From positions 199,268,001-199,332,000 of the forward strand of contig OX597815.1 in NCBI GenBank assembly GCA_951406725.2: DNA of 64,000 nucleotides, in the 5' to 3' direction. Position 1 is the stretch's first letter; each line of letters begins with the position of its first letter. Shown here piece after piece: positions 54,418 to 64,000 of this stretch. The DNA comes from Octopus vulgaris. Its lineage: Eukaryota. The position numbers and the translations under genes are program-made. Below the pieces are notes generated by a model. That model was not told where the DNA came from. It was given only the letters and a program-made list of their open reading frames with translations, and did no database searches.

Positions 54418-55519
54418 GTTAGAAAAAGGGTTTTAATCAAAGAAATTTTAATTCTATTATTCTGTAAAATAATTTTTAATTAGTTTAAATCTACACAAAT
54501 GCATAAAAATAATTTTTTATTCCATTAGACATTCTAAAATACTATTAAATTTCATTCAATTTTAAAAAAAGTAAAATCGGACAGAACTTATGGGATGACC
54601 TGATAATAAAGCTAGACAATAAAGTTCCCAACTCAATTACTGAATAGAATACCACAGAATAGATCAGACACAGACAACCTTTATCGAGAAGCAGAAAGTA
54701 TGAGAAATGGCTCATTAAGCAGCCGCACAACCAAAATATTTCTCGGTACATTTTCGTTTGGCGTCCCATTCAAAAAGTCCCGTGAGCTGCAGTTTGTCCA
54801 TGACTGACATAGACTATATTTAAAAGTAGCATTTGTTTTAATGCTGTTATTGTATAACATATCAACGCAGCAAAGATTTATTAACGGAATCAGACTAGAA
54901 ATTGTCGACTTACACCGTAATCGAACCGAAAGCTTGTCAATAAGAGGTATTTTGCAATGCACACCAACTTTTATACCTTGATATTAACTAAAATCAAATA
55001 ATTCAAGTTTACTTGTTATTTCACAAAGAAATCCTTTTCCTGTTAGAGTAATTGATCCGGTGACAATAAAACAAGATGTCTAACAATAAGCTATGGATTT
55101 ACATACTCCTGTCTGTATTTAGTCATTGACAGTTATGGGTTGCATTCTCTTCGGCTGCAAGACTAACTGATATTGTTGTTAGGGTAGTTAATCAGAGGGC
55201 GAGGAAAATTAGAAAGAAAAACTATTACTACAAAACATTATACATAAAAAAGTATAACTTTAAGAGCTTAAGTTTATGACGCGATAATAATAAATTGATT
55301 TCTAAGGATACAATCAATACTATAGTAACTATACGTTACAACGGTGTAATAATTGTAATCTTATTAATGATTTGAAGCTGAGGCAAAGTGAAATAATTTT
55401 ATTTGTCGTTTCATTTATCCACCCACAAGTGATATATTACTTCAATGAAATTATGTGTTATTGTACAAATATATACCCGAGTAATATTTTGGTTGACAAC
55501 AACTGTGGTATCTCCACAA

Positions 55520-55940
55520 GTTCGGCAAGATGTTTTGGCAGCATTTCGTCCGTCTTCGCGTTCTGAGTTCAAATTCGGCCGACGTCGACTTCGCCTTTCA
55601 TCCTTTCAGGGTCGATAAAATAAGGATCAGTCGAGTACTGGGGTAGATATAATCAACTAGCCCTCTCCATCTAAATTTCAGGCCTTGGGCTTACAGTAGA
55701 AAAAATGATCATTATTATCATTATTTAGGCGGCGAACTATCAGAAGCGATAGCATGCCCAACAAAATGCTCCGCTGTATGTCTTTCTGACTTATGTTCTG
55801 ATCTCAGATTCCTCCGAGGTCGACTTTGATTTTCAACCTCTTGGGATCAACAAAATAAGTACCAGTTGAAAATTGGGATGGATATAATCGACTAGCCCCC
55901 TTCCCTAAAATTCCAGGCCTTATGCCTATAGTAGAAATGA
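55520..55940 (+). mobile_element. Two decayed SINE family D copies in tandem
   Basis: GTTCTGAGTTCAAATTC...GCCTTTCATCCTTTC twice. Confidence 0.8.
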
Positions 55941-55959
55941 TCATTATTATTATTATGAT

Positions 55960-57450
55960 TCCAAGTGAGCAATATAGTATAAGCTGGTAGCAACGTCGTA
56001 GTGAGGCTGCTAGAAATAAAGAACAGAACAAACAGGAGGGTAATAGAGTAGAACCATTGTGAAAAAGAAGAATAAGTGCCCAAATAAGGAATGTGAGAAA
56101 AGCCCTGAGCAAAATTAAACGGATGTAAAAAGGAACAGATGAAAAATAATGATGGTGTGTGAAAGAGCTGAAAGTGAAATAAAAAAAAAGAAAATTTACT
56201 CTGTTGTAATAGAGTAACCGAAAGAAAGACTAACAGCAAAAGCGAAGAAGTTAAAAAGAGGTACGATGGTCGTCGTAACAAATTCTGTCAAAATAGACTG
56301 TTTTTAAGTAACCAAGGGAGACTTTTCGGGCAGCTTGACATAAGAGAAAGTACCGAAATAATTATTCCGGATTCCAGTGAGGGCAAGAATTTTGGAGAGA
56401 AATATGGGGTGTCAGTAAAGAGCACAACGTGGAAGCGGAATGGCTCAGAATGGTAGAAAACATCTTGAAGAGAAGAATCAACTGGAGATTATAGTAATAA
56501 CCCCGAATAAACAACAAAACCAACTATGCAGATTACCAAAATGGGACGTGCCAGGACCCGATGGGGTTCAAGGTCTCTCGCTCAAGAGTATCAAGTCAGT
56601 CAGTCCAGCGCTCGCTGCATTTTTAAACGAGGCGATTGAGAGCAATAGCAAAATGCATTGGTTGCCTGCAGGGAGGATGACATTAATTGTAAAAGATCAG
56701 GCAAAAAGAAATGAGGAATCAAATTTCAGACCCATTACCTGCCTTTTGCTGATGTGGAAGTTATTAACTGGAATGCTATCGGGGGATTTGTATGAACACC
56801 TTGAAAAGATCGATTTACTACCGGAGGAGTAGAAGGGGTGCAGAAGAAAATGCAGAGGCACAAAAGACTGGTTGCTAATTGATAAAATGGTTATCAAAAA
56901 TTCCAGGAGAATCTGGTTACGCGGGGGGTTAGATTATACGAAGATTTTTGTAAGATGTACAACTCTCCGTCTTCCGAAAAGTGGTGGAGGAGAATGTGCT
57001 GGGGAATGAAATTACAGCGATCCTGTGAGATTGTAAATTGCAGACAGATAAAAACATGGAAAGCTCTCGGCCTGACATCGTTTTCACAAAACATTTCGTG
57101 AATGTATAATGTTGGATACAGCAAGCCCCGTTTGGTATCAGAGTGAAAGTGAAAGTACAGGAAAAGCTTGATAAGTACAATGATTCGAGATACGAGAGTG
57201 GGTGGCTAAGGGAATGTAAGAGTGTGAAAGTAGTGGCACTTGTTACCACTGCGTTAGGCGTCTTAAGCAGAAGTTTTGAAAAATTCTTGAGGAACACCTT
57301 AGTTGCAACGTAAACTTATCTGTTATGCAGAGAAATTTATTGGGGACAGCAGGAATCTTAAGAAAGGTTCTGGATACATATGGTCGCGAGTTGTGACTTA
57401 CTGCCCAAGCAGAATGACTCGAAATACAACCTGAGACTGAAATATAAAGT
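55960..57450 (+). mobile_element. Internally deleted R4/Dong-type LINE (RT N-terminal part joined to REL domain)
   Basis: W.VPGPDGVQG...GRMTLIVKD...NFRPITCL..MWKLLTG...LLPEE*KGCRR.CRGTKD.LLID, then IL.D..LQTD...RPDIV...LLGTAGILRKVL. Confidence 0.85.
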
Positions 57451-57484
57451 TAATATCAACAACAACAGTAGCAGCGGCAGCAAA

Positions 57485-57757
<273 letters not shown>

Positions 57758-58100
57758 CCTGGTGACAACAGGATCAAAGAGAAAAAGAAGGAAAAACTGA
57801 ACAACTACGACGGTTTGAAGTGGGAAATACGAAGGTTGTGGTCAATGAAGAGAGCTTTACGTGATGTAAATAGCAATTGGTGCACTTGGAAGTACCAGCA
57901 CTCAACTACCAACATGAATCAAAAAGATCGGGGCAAGTGTGAAGGTAGAACACCTACAAAAATCATTATTGCTTGGAACTGCAAGAATTCTTCGCAAGGT
58001 TCTTGAAGCATGACCAGTAAACAAGTCTCACTTAAGTCTGCTAGCAATGGACAGCTGACACTTCCATCATAAGCTGCAAAATAAGCTGAGAGTTTTCACC
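57758..58100 (+). mobile_element. R4/Dong-type LINE 3' fragment (second family)
   Basis: PGDNRIKEKKKEKLNNYDGLKWEIRRLW...IGALG...LQKSLLLGTARILRKVL; 3' UTR shared with 61222-61805. Confidence 0.85.
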
Positions 58101-59941
58101 AAGTAGTAATAATATTAATAATAACTACATCAATAATTCCTTTTATAGGCCACAGGAACACTAGATATTTATGACAATAAAGAACAATACACAACGGTAG
58201 AGTCTGATTCGAGCGTGAGAAAAGAGATCAACAAAAATAAAATTTCAACAAGAAAAATTCCCCCATGAAACGAAAAAACTACCTAAGGTAATTTACTGAA
58301 AAGTCTGGATTAATCTGCTACATCTAAGATATAAGAAGAGCCCTCAACTGGTTTCTTTTTACTAAGATAATCATAACTAAGATGGGCCCATGCAAAATCC
58401 CTCTTTATTCCACTGTCAATCATAATTCTCTAAACACACTAAAAAACAGCACTTTTCTCTTAAAATATTACTTGGGGTAGTTGAAGAAAGCTTGATCAGA
58501 AAGGAAACGTTTCGAATCAAAACTTTTAGATAAGTCAACTGCAGAATTTCTTTTGTAATAGGCACCAAGCAAAAAAAAAACGACTAAGCACACCGATTTT
58601 CATGGTTGTTAGATTCGTCCTACATGTGACAGCAGTTGTTCGATGCAAGACCACAATGCAGGGAAACTGGACTATAGCGTACCGAACGTTTACGTTGCGT
58701 AGCGTTCATATCAGACAAGTTCTGCCGTTAGCATTACCATACCTGTATGCTTGTCTCGAACAAATAATTCGCCCACCACTGTAGGACTACTATGGCAAAG
58801 ACTTTTGGAAGTTGGCCACAACTTCCAGCTTAAAAGTGCTCTAGATGAAGTTCCTGAATCTGTTCTCATCGATGTCTAAAATTGTTCCCAGGTCGTCTTT
58901 GGCTGATATTCTCAAGAAAAATTTTTAAAAAACAATAGAAAGCATTGCACTATTCTAAACACACATTTGTATCCAGTTCGTTCACTCTTCAGTAAATGAA
59001 ACTGTCCCTTGGCTCTTAATAAATCGTTGAACAACAAATATAATGTTAAGCCCTTGTGTTGTATATCAAGGACAATATGAAGATATGACACCTAGCTTTA
59101 TGCATGTTATCGATTCGGACAAGAAATATCAAATGCAAGGAGAAAGGTGTATGTTTCTTTAAAAATGAAACAACCAAAAACCGAATCAGTACCTTAGAAA
59201 CGGTTTCCCGGTTGTTCCTTACAGTCTGTGATGTCCCCCACCTTATGAGAATTAATAGGAATTTGATATCGATTTATAACAGGATATAGTCAAATCCCTA
59301 CTAAAATTGTCTTGCGATTGACCAGAAGAAATCAATAATGATAGAAAGTGGGAAGGATATCTGGGCTATAATTTGAAAAGAAATATAAATCTTGCGTTGT
59401 GTTGCATGCGAAAGAGGAAATAGAGACAGGCGTACAGAAGAATAGAGAGAAAATGCTTTATGTGTATGTATGTGCATGCGTGTCCGTGTTTGTAATTCGG
59501 TTTGAGTTAGTATCTTTTTATGTAACAGTATCTACGTATGTCTGAGTGTACGTTGTGCGGAGGTGTGTTTGTGTGTGTGTTTGCGTTTGTGTGTTTGTGG
59601 AGTGACGATATATCGCATTTCAAAGTTGAGGCGTTGATGGCAAATAAATCAGAAAACGGAAGGAAATTAACAGGAAAAAAATAGATTAGTTATTAAGCGA
59701 TTAAGAATTATTTACAGAAGATTGACCAGCTCTAAATACGTAGGAGTTAGCAAGCAGTTCGCTTTGGTTGATGGAATTTCTGATGGGAGAAATGCATTTC
59801 ATTCCCCCTTTTAGTTGAGATGAAATAGCGGGCGATGAAGACGCCGTACGTCAGCCGTGTTTCAAGTAAAACCTAAAGCGTCCATCTTGCCATTTATTAT
59901 TCGAACGCTCATGCGCCATTACATACATGTATATACATACA

Positions 59942-59971
<30 letters not shown>

Positions 59972-59972
<1 letters not shown>

Positions 59973-60088
59973 CAACTTTGCCTTTCATCCTTTCGGGATT
60001 GGTAAAAAAAAAAATGTGCGTTAAACCATGTCACAATCGACTAACTCTCCTCCTGTTAAATATGCTGGCCCAGTGACAAAATTTGAAG
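59972..60088 (+). mobile_element. SINE family D 3' fragment followed by (AGT/AGC)n
   Basis: ACTTTGCCTTTCATCCTTTCGGG...AAAATTTGAAG. Confidence 0.7.
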
Positions 60089-60089
60089 C

Positions 60090-60149
<60 letters not shown>

Positions 60150-60210
60150 CAGCAGCAGCAGTAGTAGTAGCAGCAGCAGCAGCAGTGGTAGTAGTAGTAG
60201 TAGTAGTAGT

Positions 60211-60355
<145 letters not shown>

Positions 60356-60654
60356 TAATTCGGTTCTTTTATATTCTGAGCTCAAATAGGGACCTTTTGC
60401 ACGGAATGCACTACTCAACCTGAAGAAAATTCTAACTGGGCCCCACCTGCAAGTTCAAGCGTTGTTTATCTTGATATGAGATCACTATGACGCGCACATA
60501 TGGTTGTGATTGCATGTGCCTGGTGTACCCTTATCAGACGGGTATACTGGGTATACTGGGCTTCATATATTTTACACCAGTGTCACTTTAATGGCATGCG
60601 CTGCTCTCTCACTCAGTAATGATGATGATAATAAGGATGATGACGATGATGATG

Positions 60655-60739
<85 letters not shown>

Positions 60740-60742
<3 letters not shown>

Positions 60743-61198
60743 GGCCAACAGGCCAGATAAGGCCAACAGGCCAGATAAGGCCAACAGGCCAGATATAGCT
60801 GTCAGAGATCAGGAAGAAAAAAAATGCTTTCTAATTGAGTATCAATACCGGCAGATGACTACGTGTCTCTAAAAGAAATGGAGAAACTCTCAAAATACAA
60901 AGACCTGGAAATAGAGGTAACCAGAATGTGGAATCTAAAAAGAGAAACAATTCCTATCATAGTAAGTGCATTAGGCATAAAAAATATTCAGACAAATACA
61001 TAACAAAAACACCAGGACTTACAAACACATATAACATACAGAAAATTGCACTACTAGGCACTGCACACATCCTACGCAGAACACTTTCCATACAATAACC
61101 ATCAGAGCATCACAACAAATCACAGCACATACCCAAGGCACACAGAGCTGCGCTCGGTAGTGAAGTAAAAGCACGCTATAAAAATAAAACTACTGAAT
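60740..61198 (+). mobile_element. R4/Dong-type LINE 3' fragment in (TAA)n with triplicated 18-bp 5' end
   Basis: (KANRPD)x3 then IAVRDQEEKKCFLI...KEMEKLSKYKDLEIEVTRMWNLK; same family as 34967-35453. Confidence 0.9.
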
Positions 61199-61221
61199 AA
61201 TAATAATAATAATAATAATGA

Positions 61222-61805
61222 TTCACGAGGTGAATACAAAAGACGACATGACAACGTGGCAAGAATGATCCATTGGGAGCTCTGAGAAAATTATGGCCTT
61301 GAAAGATCAAAGACGTGGTAGGACCAAATCCTAGAGGGGGTTACTGCGAATGATGATTGCAATGGTATACAATGGTTCAATGTGACCATGAAATTAGACA
61401 TCGGAAACCTGACATTGTTGCGGCGAACAAAAAAGAAAATGCATGCCTTATAATCGACATAACACGTTCCGGTGACAACAGGATCGAAGAGAAAGAAGGA
61501 AAAGTGAATAACTATGATGAATTGAAATGGGAAATCCACAGGTCATGCGCAACGAAAGGGGTGGATGTGGTATCAGTAGTAATTGGCACACGTGGAAGTA
61601 TCAGTGCTCAACTACCAGCTTGGCTCAAAAAAGATTGGAACAGATGTAAAGATAGAACACCTAGAAAAATCGTCGTTGCTTAGAGATGCAAGTTCTCCGC
61701 TGGGTTTTTGAAGTATTACCAGTAAACAAATGTCACTCTAGTCTGCTGGCTGTGGGCAGCTGACACTTTCCATCATACCCAGCAAAATAAACTGAGAGTT
61801 TTTCA
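61222..61805 (+). mobile_element. R4/Dong-type LINE 3' fragment (second family)
   Basis: EYKRRHDNVARMIHWEL...HRKPDIV...LIIDI...GDNRIEEKE..KVNNYDELKWEI. Confidence 0.88.
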
Positions 61806-61840
61806 TTAAAAAAATGTTTTAAATAAAATGAAATAATAAT

Positions 61841-62328
61841 ACACAGAAAACGAGAAGGCAACAATACTCTGGGATATGCCAATACGCACAGATAGAGAAA
61901 TTAAGGCCAACAGGCCAGATATAGTTGTCAGAAATAATGAAGAAAAAATGCTTTCTAACTGATGTATCAATACCGGCAGATGACAGCGTGTCTCTAAAAG
62001 AAATGGGGAAACTATCGAAATACAAAGACCTGGAAACAGAAGTAACACGAATGTGGAATCTAAAAACAGAAACAATTCCTATCATAGCAGGCGCATTAGA
62101 TATGATAAATAAATATTCAAACAAATACGTAACAAAAACATCAGGACTTACAAATATATATATAACATACAGAAAATTGCACTACTAGGCACTACACACA
62201 TCCTACCTGAAACTCTCTCAATACAGTAAACATAAGAACATCACAGCAAACCACAGCACATATCCAAGGCACACAGAGCTGCGCTTGGTAGTGAAGTGAA
62301 AGCACACTATAAAAATAAAACTACTGAA

Positions 62329-62330
<2 letters not shown>
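61841..62330 (+). mobile_element. R4/Dong-type LINE 3' fragment (first family)
   Basis: ENEKATILWDMPIRTDREIKANRPDIVV...DVSIPADDSVSLKEMGKLSKYKDLETEVTRMWNLK. Confidence 0.9.
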
Positions 62331-62397
<67 letters not shown>

Positions 62398-62749
62398 CAT
62401 CATCATCATTATACAAGTAAAAGGTAATGTTCCAATAAGTATCCTAAATGTTTGGTAAGTATTCGACTAGATTGCTTCCAAACTTCCGATGTACAGACCG
62501 ATTTACTAATTAAAATCTATTAAACGTAGTGTAATGATGTGTGTGAGAATGTTTGATTTGTTAATAATTGAGTAAATGAAGTAGAAATGGATTTAGATTA
62601 ATAAACAGATAAATAAGAATATATAATCGTACAGAAAAGGGTGAGAGGAAGAGATAATTCTAAATGCACAACGTTTGGTAGAGATAGCCCTTGGTAAGAA
62701 GAAACAATAAAGAAAATACGTTTAAGTAAATACATATAAATATAGTCAA

Positions 62750-62947
62750 GACTATTGAAAAGGTTGCAAGGCGCAACGAAAATTTTAGGAAAATGAAAAA
62801 ATAAGAAATCAGTGGAAATTTTACCGGTGAGTGTGTTAAATTATAAGGCACGAAAAGAAAATGACTCTCCCCAGACACAACAGTATATGCTTCAACACAC
62901 GAACTCACATAAAGAATCATTGCAAACCAAATCCAAAAGCGAAATAT
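62750..62947 (+). mobile_element. Family G repeat with 5' hammerhead-like motif
   Basis: Homolog of 53187-53380. Confidence 0.8.
62752..62788 (+). ncRNA. Minimal hammerhead-like motif with U3-A8 covariant core
   Basis: CUA-UUGAAAA-G-GUUGC(AAGGC)GCAAC-GAAAAUUU|UAG. Confidence 0.5.
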
Positions 62948-64000
62948 AAATATAAATAAAATAATATAAAGATGTAATAAATAGGGGAAGCTCTTGGTTA
63001 GTCTATATATTTCAACAATATTAATAGTTCGGATTCATGAGACAGAATTTTTACTTATAAATCTGAGAATGGCCGTGGAAGACAGCACAATTGGAAATGG
63101 TTTGTTTAAGACTTGATATATATAGTGTGATATACATGATGGTTATTATCAGTAGAAATAACGTGTATGTTCTATCAAGGGTATGTAGTAATGGTGTTTG
63201 AACCACACTGACTAGCTGACAGCATTCAAAATAATATTATATAGTAGTCGTGTCAACAGACAGAAACTAAGTTGCAACGGTAATACTATTTGAGTGGGTT
63301 ACACAGTTTATACTCTAGTAAGTAAGAATGTGTTGTGAAAGGTCTCAGGTCTTACCTGAAGTGATTAAGTAAAGACGCGGGTTGCCTGTAAGAATGTACA
63401 AATTTAGGAAATTTGTGTGGTACAAATTTAGCAAACGCTTACAGTTAATTTCATTCTTTTGAAGTTAAGGTTAGAAACAAGGATAAAAAGTTAAAGGATC
63501 GAGAGAATGAAAAGATACTAGGACAAGACGATGAGAGATGTAACGTTAACCATTTTGGTTCATGTAACAGTGTAATGTTACTCTTAATTTATGATTACGG
63601 TTTATAATTAGTTCGTCACATTTATTTAGTGAATTTTCTTTTTTGGCTAATAAAATTTCTCGGACCTATAGCAAACAAGAACCTGCAGGCTTGCCTATCA
63701 TCCTGATAAGATTCCACTGAATTGATAAAGAATTATTTAATACGATACTTTATATTCCTAGATTTCAGGGTAGAAATATACTCAGAAAATCTGGTAGAAA
63801 ATCTTAGTTTGTCATTAATAAAGAGATTTTTATGTGTGGAAATCCTTTACTTAAAATGTTAGTTGTTAAACTGATATAGAAACGCTTAATATTATTAGTT
63901 TTAACTATACAAGTGTAGACTTCATTCCTTTCAATATTGTTTCCATCTCATGGACAATTTCCACTGAATCTACAATTACCGGCATGTGCTCTTCTTTCCC

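Larger units (their letters stand above)
53132..54603 (-). mobile_element. Full-length decayed mariner (Tc1/mariner) transposon
   Basis: TIRs TCAGGTCATCCCAGAAGTTCTGTCCGA / TCGGACAGAACTTATGGGATGACCTGA, TA TSD; about 1.28 kb once the internal insertion is removed. Confidence 0.93.

Overview
AT-rich, extremely microsatellite-rich eukaryotic non-coding DNA. The SINE families look like coleoid cephalopod (Octopus-type) repeats; this is recognition from memory, not a database check. I found no convincing host exon. Nearly all listed ORFs are translations of (TA)n, (CA)n, (TACA)n, (GATA)n or trinucleotide repeats, or of SINEs. The window is a mosaic of mobile DNA: four tRNA-derived SINE families (about 25 copies), decayed LINEs (R4/Dong-type with restriction-like endonuclease, RTE, CR1/L2-group), one full-length decayed mariner, hAT MITEs, non-autonomous Helitrons, a Penelope GIY-YIG relic and a 15-bp minisatellite. 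The most striking hidden signal is about a dozen type-I hammerhead ribozyme (HHR) motifs from at least seven unrelated short repeat families, probably Penelope-like pLTR or retrozyme derived. They include two fully canonical homologous copies with compensatory stem changes, U3-A8 and A6U core variants, a tRNA-headed HHR element and HHRs inside long perfect palindromes. All structures were folded by eye and coordinates of decayed repeats are approximate.
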